From the NCBI RefSeq assembly GCF_009914755.1, contig NC_060947.1: 64,000 nt of DNA, one strand, 5' to 3'. The notes beneath the pieces were generated by a model that was given only the letters and a program-made list of their open reading frames with translations, had not been told where the DNA came from and did no database searches. Position 1 is the stretch's first letter, and each line of letters begins with the position of its first letter. The DNA comes from the human T2T-CHM13v2.0 reference genome, Homo sapiens. A program made the translations under genes and the position numbers. Of this stretch, positions 1 to 12,367 are shown piece by piece.

Positions 1-53
1 CGAGATGGCGCCACTGCACTCCAGCCTGGGTGACAGAGTGAGACTCCCTCTCA

Positions 54-80
<27 letters not shown>
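1..80 (+). mobile_element. Alu 3' end with poly(A) tail (continues left of window)
   Basis: GCCACTGCACTCCAGCCTGGGTGACAGAGTGAGACTCC followed by a pure A run ending at 80. Confidence 0.97.
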
Positions 81-84
<4 letters not shown>

Positions 85-3000
85 AAGAGGTTCTTACCCC
101 AGGCATCTTTCCAACCCTGAACTTTAACTTGTTTTTCTTTACCCTGTCAGAAGTTAACTTTTATGTGACACTTTTTTTTTCTTTTTAGAAAAAGTTTTAC
201 TAGGCCAGGACCCAACTATCACTGTTTATATTCTCTGTAAAGTTTTAATTATAAAAAAAGATTTGTCAGGTTGGTCTTAAGCTGTAGCCAATTTGGTGTG
301 CTCTGCATGACTTTCTGTAAGGTCAGTAGCAAACTTTGCTGCAGGCCTCCATCTTGTTTTACATCCTCGGGAGAGTGACCTGTAACCATGTAGCAATGTT
401 TTGTTTAGCCTCCACCGTTTTATAGTAACAGCCAGGTTCAAACCTGACTTAGGGAATGAGTACTTTTGGACTGATATCTGTGTGACTTTTGCTACTTGCT
501 GATTCTCTTCCCCTCCATGAACAACTTCTAGTTTTTTTCTTAAATCTTCCTTTCTCTGGGTTACCTTTAAAGGTTCTAAATTTTGTAAGAACTGCTTAGC
601 CCCTTTGAAAATACCTCATACACTTGTGGTTAAAGCATAACCTTAATTGAGGCGTGTTGGTTTCACCTGTGTAGTGACCTTCAGTAGCGTTTGAAAGCCA
701 GAAATATTGGCTGCTTGTTGTGGCTGAAGTTGGGTAATAAGGGAGTTAAAAGGATTTTCTTAGAGAGTGCTCAGCTTAATTTAAAGTGAATATCCAACTT
801 ATAGATATATTGAAAAAGCCTTTATGTTTTTCTTTTCTTGGATCCTGTTTTGCTGGAAAAAAAGTGTTTTGTTTTTTTTTAGTCAACTGAATTATTTTTC
901 TCTATTTTGCCTTGCCACTTTTAAGGCATGCATGAGACGGGAGAGAACTCTGTTTCCCTCATTAAACCCCAGGAATTAAAAGTGGATGAATCCCTCTCAA
1001 AAACCTGTTTTTGCCTCCTACCTATGGCTGTTTATTAGGCTTTAGAAGCTGCATGTTCTCCTAGCTCTGTCTCTTAAAGGGCTCCACCCAGAGGCCAATA
1101 ATCCAAGTAGGAGAATGGCAAATTAAAGATCTTATGTCTGCTGGATTTTCTTCTGCCTGTGTAGTTATATTTTGTGTTGTGTGTGTGATGTCTATAAAAA
1201 AAGAGTTTTAATTGGCACAAAGGAAGACAAGCACTTGGATCAAATATTTTGTAAAGGGAAGATAAAAGCTGTGGTACCTTTTAATTAATGTGACTTTAAT
1301 CTTTGAGAAATAAAAACAGCCTTAAAGATTTTGGTAGAATGCAGATATCATCAAAATGTAAATAGGTGAACTAAATTATGCAGGACTGATACTAGTCTTG
1401 CTAAAGATTTTAAGGTTACAAAGTGACTTTTTGGTTTTTTGAGAACCTTTCAACTTGCCAGCTTCACAATTGGTAAGGCCTGGGGACATATGGAATTAAC
1501 CACACCCTTAATCATGCTGGAAGGAGTCAAACCTTGGCTGCACCTGGCACGTAATTAAAACAACTTACCAGGTTTTACATTAAAGTTAAAATTGCTAGGA
1601 GTTACCATTATAACATGTAATTTAAACTACTGGAAATAGATTTACCTGCAAGGTGTGTAAGAACAGTACGATGTGTTTTTAGTAAAAAATTATAAGAAGG
1701 TGCAGAAATAGGGTTCTTGCCTAAGGTTAAAGGATTGTTTTGAATTAGGTAAAGCTGGAGATTTAAACAAATGATGGAAGGATTGTTAAAATTATTCTTG
1801 CAAAAGAAATTCTGTGTGTGAATATATTGACTAAATTCAAAAGGGTATTATATGGTTTCTCCATAAATTTAGCATTGAAATAAAAGCACAACAAAGTACT
1901 CTTAAGGTATTAATCTGCTCTTTAGCAAAATTTGTAAAAGATTATAAAAGATTTTTGCTTTTTTAAATTTCGAAGTCATTTTGGCAAAATAAATAACATG
2001 ATAATCTGGAATTCTATTTCAAAACATCAAGTGTTTTAAACATCTAACATATTTAACAGGATTCCCAAATTCAAACTTCAATTTCAAAATTGTCTTGCCT
2101 GACACCTCACTTTTGGATGCTACAGAGGGCCTCTGGAGTATCCAAAAAAGCAGTAAACAGGATTATTTGATATGTTTAGTTACATCAGATTGCCAACATA
2201 GCGTTTAATCTTCTTTAGGTTATATTTTGGTGAATAATACTAATATATGTTCCAAAACTGTTCTAAAATTCTAATGTTTAAAGTATATGCTATCATAATT
2301 AAAGTTGTGATTTGAAGTTATTGTAAACCACAGAGATAACCAAACTTCTTTGTCAATTTTGTTTCTAGCTGTAACTACCCTGGACATTTTGTTATCCACA
2401 GACAACTGATATCTTATTTTAATCCTTTTCAAAAGGTGGTTTATAATAAACTATAGGACTCTGATAGGTGCTCTCAAATACAGGTTTCTCATAACTTTGG
2501 AGATTGTGACATTGGAATAAAGGAAAATGTACAGGACTTGTGAAGAGCTAAAATCTTCATGAATATCAGGCAAAACAAGAGTTAACTAAATGGACTGAAC
2601 TCAGAAAACTGAAGCAATCTTTTTGACTTTTGCATGGAATATTGCTGATCCTTGTTTTGTTTTTCAGAGTCAGAGAAACTTATTTTGAACTATTTATAGC
2701 TTTTCATAATTGAGTAAGGTATACTCCTGTGATGAAAATTTGGAGCATGTTTGTCTCTCTCTCTCTCTCTCCTTGCCTGGCTTCTCCAGAATTTGGAAAC
2801 TAGTTGTGAGCATTCTGAACTTATGGCAATATAGTTGTTTGCATCAGTGCATAAGAATCCATTTCCTTTTGCAACAGGACTCAGTTGTAGAAATTGGTTG
2901 TTTTACTGAGGCTTTGACTGGAAGGGTGTGCTTCCCTTTAAGGAGTCAAGCTCAACTTGCAGAGCTGATAAAAGCCCCTTGGGAAAACTGGCCTCATACC

Positions 3001-4230
3001 CTTGTCTATGCAGTTACTGTACTGGGTTCCTGACCTGTGGTAAGTAAAGAATGTCACTTTCTGACAGGCCCAGGAGCTCCAAGTTTATCTTTGGACCTTA
3101 ATAGGAGAGGATTACCCAACTCACAGGTATTTGAGGATAAAAACCCATTGCTGGGCTGGGCTTTAAAAGGTTTTATCTGAGATTCCTTGTGGAACAGAAT
3201 TCCATCAAAGCCAATCCAAAAAGCCTATGTAGAAATAATTATTCTTGCTGTACTTTATGCAAATAATCAGGCCAATATAAGACTGAAGTCTATTTTGTAA
3301 ATAACTCAGTCCTATCACTCTGTGTTTTTTAACAAAAATGAGGACTGGAGAGAGAGAAATTATATTCAAAACTTATCATACATCTGTCATTAAATTCTAC
3401 ACTCAGTTATTTTTAGGTTTTTGCCTACATTTTAAACTAACTCTGCTTGTTCCAGTGAACAAACCAGCAGTCTCCAGATGCAGCTCAAAAAGAACAAAAG
3501 GGATGGGTGATGTAAAAATCTGGATCAATATTCTACTTCTGAGCAATTTTTCTGCAAATCCTGCCAGGTGATGGGAATAAATAGAATGCCCATCAAACAG
3601 AGGTTTCCTTTTTGGGAAAGTAAGACCAAGTGAGCTAACCAAAGCCAAGCCCCATGCATCTAAATCTTAGCAAGCATAACTATAGCCACCAGTTGTCTGG
3701 GCATGTCGTAAGATATCCTTTTTTCCCCCTTGTTGTTGGAGGACTCAATTCCACAGCTTCACCTTAGCATTTGGCTTATGATAAGCAGTCTATGTAACCA
3801 CCCTGAGACACATTTTTGTCCCAAACTCAATTCCAAGCTTCAGTTCAAAGCTCTAGGAAAGAAAATGGGATCTGAGGGATCCAGAGACAGATGATAATGG
3901 AAGTTAAAAGGCACAGAACAGGGAAGCATGACTGATTCCTGACCATTAAGCCAAGCTTCCCATTTCATGGATAAAGATCATGCTAGTATCTATGGCATAA
4001 TTCCCAAGGTCTATGGAATTCAAAGGATACTGACAGCAGGTGAGATAGGGCACATGTGGATAAGAGTGGGTACTGCTACCCTCTAGGCCCCCCTGTTAAT
4101 ATGGGTGAAAGCCACTTTGACACCCATGGATGCACCCTGTTGTGGTCTCTGGGACTTGGGAATATAAGGACGAAGGAAAGAAACAGGAACACTTTGCTTT
4201 TCTTCCCTCACATACCCTGTGAGGCTGCGC
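81..4230. mobile_element. ERV1-class non-coding internal segment (MER4-group/HUERS/MER52-like), no LTR visible
   Basis: Recalled MER4-group internal motifs, e.g. GCTTCTCCAGAATTTGGAAACTAGTTGTGAG and AGGACTGGAGAGAGAGAAATTAT. 3400-4230 reads like a proviral leader on the minus strand. No gag/pol ORF; orientation and exact family unresolved. Confidence 0.75.
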
Positions 4231-5099
4231 ATTGTTAAAATTTTGGAATTTATTTAGGTAATGTTTACTCAAATACATATGACTATCATAATGAAAACAA
4301 GTTTTCAGAAACAGCAGTGAAGACAACCTGTTCAGTAATAATTTAGATTTATTCTGCAAAAAAAAAATAGTGGTTTTCTTCTTTATTTCTTTGTTTCTGC
4401 ACGTTGCACATATTAAAAGTACTAGGCAATTGTTGTTATTTCCCTGTACACTATTAAACCTGCTCATTAGGGATGGGTGCATTGGGTAACCCAGGGTGAC
4501 GGCTAGGTTTAATAGTGTGATTTATTAAACATTTCATATTTACCTAGTTTATGAGCTAGAGGCAATCCAAATTAAAATCGATGAAGATAAAATTAAATGA
4601 TAATCAATGAAGGTATTTACAACAAAAATGAGGTATTTACAAATGTTATTCATAGATGTTAATCAAATGCCATTATTTAATTGTTAGTGGATCTGAAATG
4701 TATTTCATAGTCATTGTGTTTTCAAGCCATGCTTTCTTCTGTGTCCTGACTCTTCGAATCTGAAATGAGGAGATTCAGGAAGGGGAATTTGAATCTGTTT
4801 GTATTTTCTCCTCTTGACTTAAAATATAGGGGAAGAAAGTGGTTGGCCCTGATCATGTCTGCTTCGCTCTGTCATTTGTATTCCTCTAGAGTCCCTAAAA
4901 GAGAGTCACTCCTAGGGTCTGGATTAGACCTTATTTTTGCCTTCTAAATACCAGGAAGCCATTGCTCATTTCTGGTGATGAAATATGCTCTTATTTATTT
5001 TCCCTAGTTGTGGAGTAGATTTATTCTTACTATCTTCCTAGCTCATGGTGACCTATGGCATGCTATGTAAGATGATTGGCTGTAAACTTGCTAGAGGGG

Positions 5100-5330
5100 T
5101 CTCAAAAGCATGGGTTCTGGTATCAGGAAGCCTTGTGTCAAATCCTGGGTAACTTTGGTCAGATCACTTAACCTCTCTGTGCCTCCATTTCCTTATCTGT
5201 AAAACAACTCTAACAGTCACAGACCTCTCACAGGATTGTAGTAAGAATTAAATAACCTAGGACATGAAAAGCACTTATAATTGTGCCTACATCATGGTAA
5301 TTACAAGTATATCATTTTTATGATAATAAT
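5100..5330 (+). mobile_element. MIR SINE
   Basis: Core TCACTTAACCTCTCTGTGCCTCCATTTCCTTATCTGTAAAA. Confidence 0.85.
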
Positions 5331-5554
5331 ACAGGAATACATTCAATGACCTTGTCTTCCTCATCTCTGTCTTCCAAACCATTATCACATCTTGAAAAAC
5401 TGTGTTTCAAACTTTAGGTGGCAATGCATTAGTGATTTGAGAGATCAGTTTTTTGGCGTGTGGCTTATATTATTTTTTCAGTTGAAATAGAACAGAAAAA
5501 TACCAGAGCTCATCACACATAGGACAAATATCATTCCATGACATGTTTGGTTCA

Positions 5555-5558
<4 letters not shown>

Positions 5559-5600
<42 letters not shown>

Positions 5601-5619
5601 TGTGCGTGCGCACGTGCGC
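5559..5619. repeat. (TG)19 microsatellite plus TG/CG tail
   Basis: Pure TG 5559-5596, then tttgtgtgcgtgcgcacgtgcgc. Confidence 0.97.
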
Positions 5620-5899
5620 TAACTCACAATTTGAAACGGATTTTATGCCATGTGCACATTTTATCTGTCTCACTAAACCAGAGGAAAAGGAAAAACTTCA
5701 ATGGAGTCTACAGCCATTTACCCAGTCCCAACAAGCCCAAGGTGTATGTCACTCTAGTTGATACATGCGACTCGATAGAGGAAAAAAAAAAAAAAAAAAG
5801 CCTACCTCCAAAGTCTGTGATATGTATTCCTGGTAGCTCTTCAGGGAAGAGGGGCAGAGGAGGCTGACGTAAGTTCCATGCACTTTTGAGAATCACTGC

Positions 5900-5997
5900 A
5901 CTAGACTATAAACACCTTAAGATCCAGCACTCATCATTGTATTTTTTATAGTGCCCTCCATGTTTGAGATGTGTAATATATATTTATCTAATAAATT
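5900..5997 (+). mobile_element. L2 3' fragment
   Basis: CTAGACTATAAACACCTTAAG resembles the L2 3' motif CTAGACTGTAAGCTCCTTGAG. Confidence 0.4.
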
Positions 5998-7131
5998 GCC
6001 ATGATTTACACAGAGTTCTGTTTAAAGAATATTGATAATGCTTAAAGAGCAAATGCATTTATTAAGCAACTACTCTTGGGGGCAAGATGTATTTTGCAAT
6101 ATCATCCAAAGGAAAGAGTTGTCAAATTTGGACATGAGTGAATATTTGACGGGAAGACTTTCTTTCTAAGGATGCTATTATAATGAACGTTAGCAGCTCT
6201 CCTTTGCTAGATATGACAGTCTAATGATATGACATTGCTAAAGTCAGCAATCTGTCTGCCTGCTGTCTTGGTTGGATGCAAACACAGTTGTATTTTGCAT
6301 TATACAAGAGATAAATATACAAGAATCTTTATAATTTACAGGAGGATTTACAAAAACCTTATTGTAAAATAAAACAACTTGGTGTATTGTGAATACCTTT
6401 TGACAAATTTCTCAGAATTTCCCTCTACTCACCAGAAAATTTCCTCCATGTCTCATCACAATTTGAATATAAATGAATTCAAATTCACAAGCATCACACA
6501 ACATTAACTGCTTCATATTCTTTCCTAAATAATGCACAGCCTTCCATCCAAGTCCCTCCAAGACATATCTTCGACTTTCCCGAAAGATGCCTTAGTTTTT
6601 CATAGATATAATACTATAAGGATCTTCCCATCAAGTTGCTCTGATTGATGTAGAATATTCCAAAAGCCAGTTGACAGCAGTACCTCACTCTTGCCTCTGC
6701 TACCAGCCCCTTCATGAGAATGTGGTGATTTGTGGCAGGGTGGAACCCTGGGTGCTTCCAAAGTGGCAAACCCTATGTGTAATCAAGCACTGCTGGATTA
6801 CTGCAGTTTCTCTTGCACTGGAGCCATGTCATCCTCCACGAGAAATGCAGAGGTTGTCTCTCTTTCCAAACAGGTCATACTATCAGATGTGAGGTTTCAT
6901 GCAGGGCTGCTTTTATGCTTTTGTGCGTAAATCTTTTGCCAAAAGACTTCCTTGAACTTTTGTCTGAAGCTTCTTCCTCCTTATGTGACAAGCAGGAGTC
7001 CATGAGGCTGGCGAGGCCGCTGATTTGTATTAGCCACCACAGGAATGATACCTAGGTGTCAGAAGCTTTGTAAGGGCCTACAAAAATGCTTGACATCTGA
7101 ATCTTTAAAAAAACTTCAAAAATACAAAAAG

Positions 7132-7399
7132 TGATATACTTTGGATATTTGTACCATCCAAATCTCATGTTGAAATGTAATCCCAAGTGATGGAGGTGGG
7201 TCCCGGTGGGTGGTGTTTAGATCATGAGGGTGGATCCCTCATGATCAATCATATAAGGTTCCGGAGACCCTTACTAGAAGTAGATTCTGGAGCAATGCTT
7301 GTACAGCCCGTAGAACTGTAGGACAATTAAATCTCTTTTCTTTGTGAATAACCCGGTCTCAGATATTTCTTTATAGTAATGCAAGAATGGCCTAATGCA
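7132..7399 (+). mobile_element. MaLR solo LTR, MSTB-like, internally deleted
   Basis: TG...CA ends (TGATATACTTTGG...CCTAATGCA), CAAATCTCATGTTGAAATGTAATCCC, ATTAAA signal; flanks AAAAG/AAAAT; only 268 bp. Confidence 0.85.
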
Positions 7400-7489
7400 A
7401 AAATCATACTAAAAATAAAAATTAATTTACAAAATGTAACCTCATAAAAGTATGGATTCCGGCTCAGACTATCTGGCCAGTGCTACAAA

Positions 7490-7635
7490 GGAGCTAGTTT
7501 TTCTCATCTGGAAAACAAAGATAAAGTAAATGCTAGCTCATAAGGTTGTTATGAAAATGAAGTATGTTAACAAAAAGTTCTTAGAAGCGTGCATGACACA
7601 TGGTATTTGTCTAATAAATGTTACCTGCTAGTATA
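7490..7635 (+). mobile_element. MIR fragment
   Basis: TTTCTCATCTGGAAAA...CTCATAAGGTTGTTATGA...AATAAATGTTA. Confidence 0.7.
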
Positions 7636-8391
7636 CTTAATTTTTATCAGTAGAAAACAACTTTTAAAGTTGTTATTGTGACTTCACAAGAATTCCTGAT
7701 TATAGAACACAAGTGTAGAATTATAGCCACTTTAAAATGAATGACTTACTTTCATTAAAATAATTTAAAAATCTATATTGCAAAATTAATGCAAAATGTG
7801 AGTGTCTTTAACATATTTGACATGATATAGGTAGTGTAGGACCAACAAAAGTGTGCACATCACCCACTCTCTTAACAAATGGTGATGTTATGGCCTGTGG
7901 AGAGGCGCATCCAGAATACATCCAGGAAGGTGTATTTTTCGTCATTCACCTTTCCTTGATTTAGACATAATAATGGGCTCTTGGTCTAGATCATACTTTC
8001 TAAGAAGAGAAAAAAAGTTGCATTCTTTCACTAAAATATCTCCAATTCAAATTCTGTTTAAGTGGCTGAAGTTCCAAAGTTCAGGATTTCAGAGGACTCT
8101 AAAAATGATTGATTATGTCCTAGATCGCTATTCTACCAAAGAGTTTTGAAAGGTGAAAAGGTAAATCTCCAATGGAATACTTATCAAACTCCAAGAGAAA
8201 ATGAATACAATGGAGAACAAAGTTGAAAAAAATGAAGATGAAAATGAAGAACTAATGGGGAGAATCATTTGTGCTTTTACAGCCTTTACATGCCATTACT
8301 TTAATGATAACATATGACATGTCAGTCATAGTTTTCAGAGCACCTTCTCACTTGCAGTCACTGGGTGATCACCACTCTTTCTGAAGGTGAG

Positions 8392-8600
8392 AATAATACA
8401 ATACTAAAACCAAACATTCTTAAGTGATTATAATGAAGCAGATACTATTCTAAGCACATTAAGCTCATGGCATCCCTATTAGGCGGTTCATATTATTAGA
8501 AAACCTTTGCAGATGAAGGGACTTAGGCGTATGGCTCAAGTCAGCAGTGATGGAACTGCCACCTATACTCAGGTCATCTGACTGCATATCCAGGGTTCCT
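8392..8600 (-). mobile_element. MIR fragment
   Basis: Reverse MIR pattern: ACTATTCTAAGCAC...TTTGCAGATGAAGGGACTTAGGC...CAGGTCATCTGACT. Confidence 0.65.
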
Positions 8601-8699
8601 TCTTCCAGAATGCACCAACTTGAAATGTTTAGAAAGTAACCAGCCAGTTAGGGTGATTTTGTTGTAATGATACTATATTTATTCTGCTGTTACATAATA

Positions 8700-8830
8700 C
8701 AGGATTAGGGAAGTCAGTGAGTCCAACCCCTACCTCCAGGCAGGACAAACTAGAAATAATTCCTGACATATGCAAAACCCATCTTCCTTTTAAAGACATC
8801 AAGAGGAAGTGGTCTCATGACCTCCTATAT
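8700..8830 (-). mobile_element. L3/CR1 fragment
   Basis: AGTCCAACCCCTACCTCCAGGCAGGAC resembles the reverse CR1/L3 3' region. Confidence 0.4.
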
Positions 8831-9146
8831 TAACACCCAGGATATAAAGAAGAGTTTGTATAGCTCTAGCACTATTGCACATTCTTAGGGAATGAGAAAA
8901 ATCTCATTAAAATTTCATTTCACACCACTGAGAAATGCAAAGAGGACTCTAACTTAATTCAAAATTTTAAATAAATATCAAGACTTCTGAGATAGCTAAA
9001 GCTCAGCAAAGCTTGCATAATTTTGTTTGGCGATTAACAGAGATGGGGAGCAGTGTGGTCTTTCAACAGAAGCACCCCAGTCAAATTTATAAGTAATAAA
9101 GTTAATTCACTACTTGACACTACAGAATGTGTGTTTACCTTAGGGT

Positions 9147-9468
9147 AGTAATCTGCAAACTACACACCATGAGCCAAATATAGCCAATGACCTGTTTATG
9201 TGTGGCAGACAAGCAAAGATGATTTTTATAGTTTAGGTGGCTGAAAAACCCAGATAATATGTCATGTGAAAATCATAGAGAACTCAAATGTCATTGTCCA
9301 TAAATACAGTTTTTTGGGAATACAGCCATTCCATTCTATTATGTATTGTGTATTGTGACTTTCATGGTATAAGGGCAGAGGTGAGTTGTAGTAACAGATA
9401 CCTTATGGCCTAAAAAGCCCAAAATATTTACTATCTGGCCTTTTACAGAAAAAGTTTGTTAATCCCTG
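9147..9468 (+). mobile_element. MER58B (hAT-Charlie DNA transposon)
   Basis: GCAAACTAC...GCCAAAT start; AAAATATTTACTATCTGGCCTTTTACAGAAAAAGTTTG...CCCTG end. Confidence 0.85.
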
Positions 9469-9771
9469 GTAGTGAGGCAAATGAAAACAAGTATCTTTTT
9501 TCTTTTACCCACTTCCCCTCATTCAGGTGAAGGATGGTATGAAACATTTGGAATCAGGATGCTAGTAAGCATCTGTAAGGCCTCACTGGGCCTTGAGGAT
9601 GAACCCTGATCTGGTTTCATTTACATGAGGGCAGTCATGGTCCCAGACTAGTTCCTGTCTATATTAGTCCTTTACAGTCTACAGCTAGGAGTCCTTTGGA
9701 ATTGCTTGACAGGGATTAGAGGAAAAACACATGACCTCAAATGTCCTTAGTGCTTTTGGAAGATTGGAACA

Positions 9772-10645
<874 letters not shown>

Positions 10646-10724
10646 TATATAAGTAATACATAAATATGCATATTTAAGTTCATTTTTCTCACTTTAATAG
10701 TTGTATGTATGGAATCTGCTTTCA

Positions 10725-12327
10725 GTATTTTTAAAACATTTAATTGACAAAAATTTTATGTGTTTATTGTATATAACATGTTTAAGTATAGTCACTGTAT
10801 TATACAATAGATCGTTTAAACTTATTCTTCCTAAGTGAAATTTGATATCCTTTATCAAGTATCTCTCCATGCCCAACCCACAGCCCTGATAACCACCATT
10901 GTACTCTCTGCTTCTATGAGTTCATCATTTGAGATTACAAATATAAGTGAGATTATAAGGTGTTGGTGCTTCTGTGCCTAGCTCATTTCACTAAATTTAA
11001 TGCTTTCCAGGTTCATCCACGTTGTTGTACATGACAGGATTTTCTTCTTTTTTAAGGCAAAAGATTATTTCATTGTGTATCTATACCACATTTTCTTTCA
11101 TTCATCCATTGATGGATACTTAGATTGATTCCATATCTTGGCTTTTGTGAAGAATGCTGCAGGAATATGGAATACAGTTATCTCTTTGATATAATGATTT
11201 CATTAATTAATTGATATAATTGATTTCATTCATATAATTGATCTCATTTCCTTTGGATATATACCCAGTAGTGGGATTACTGGATCATCTGTTTATAGTT
11301 TTTTGAGGAACCTCCATACTGTTTTCCATAATGGCTATAATAACTTACACTCCTGACAACAGCATTGATTCCCTTTTATCCACATGCTTATCAACACTTG
11401 TTATCTTTTGTCTTTTTGATACTAGCCATTATAACATGTGTGAGACAATAGTGCGTTGTTATTTTGGTTTACATTTCCCTAATGATTAGTGACATTGAAC
11501 ACTTTTTTATATCCCTGTTGGCCATTTGTATGTCTTCTGTTGAGAAATGTCTATTCAGGCCCTTAGCCCATTTTTTAATGTGGTGATTTGTTTTCTTTTT
11601 ATAAAGTTGTACAAGTTCCTTATATTGTGGGATATTAACCCCTGATAAGATATACAGGTTCCAAATATTTTCTCTCATTCTGGAGGTAGTATCTTCACTC
11701 TCTTGATTGTTTCATTTGCTGCAAAGAAGCTTTTTAGTTTGATGAAATCCCATTTGTCTATTTATGGTTTTGTTGCCCGTGCTTTTGGGGCCATATCCAA
11801 AAACTCATTGTCCAGACCAATGTTATGGAGATTTTCCCTTATGTATTCTTCTTGTAGTTTTATAGTTTCAGTTCTTACATGTAAGTGTTTGATTTATTTT
11901 GAGTTAATTTTTGTATATGGTGTGACATAAGGGTCTAATTTCATTCTTCTGTATACATGGATATCTAGTTTTCTCAACACGATTTTTTGAAGAAACTGTT
12001 CCTTCCCCATTGTGTATTCTTGGCACCTTTGTCGAAAATAAATTGACAGTAGGCTGGGCATGGTGGGTCATGCCTGTAATCCCAGCACTTTGGGAGGCCG
12101 AGGCGGGTGGATCACCTGAGGTCAGGTGTTCGAGACCAGCTTGACCACCGTGGTGAAACCCCATTTCCACCAAAAGTACAAAACTAGCCAGGCGTGGTGG
12201 TGCATGCCTGTAATCCTGGCTACCTAGGAGGCTGAGGCAGGCGAATCACTTGAACTCAGGAGGAGGAGGTTGCAGTGAGCTGAGATCACGCCATTGCACT
12301 CCAGCCTGGGCAAAAACTTCATCTCAA

Positions 12328-12367
<40 letters not shown>

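Noticed and set aside
2710-4482. ORFs of 60-128 aa in and beside the ERV segment
   Set aside because: No gag/pol/env motifs, several non-ATG starts, overlapping on both strands; chance ORFs.
5470-5896. CVCVCV / HTHTHT ORFs
   Set aside because: Translations of the TG microsatellite and poly(A).
11186-11250. Three copies of (G)ATATAATTGATTTCATT within L1MA
   Set aside because: Ordinary slippage duplication in a dead L1; no spacers, not CRISPR-like.
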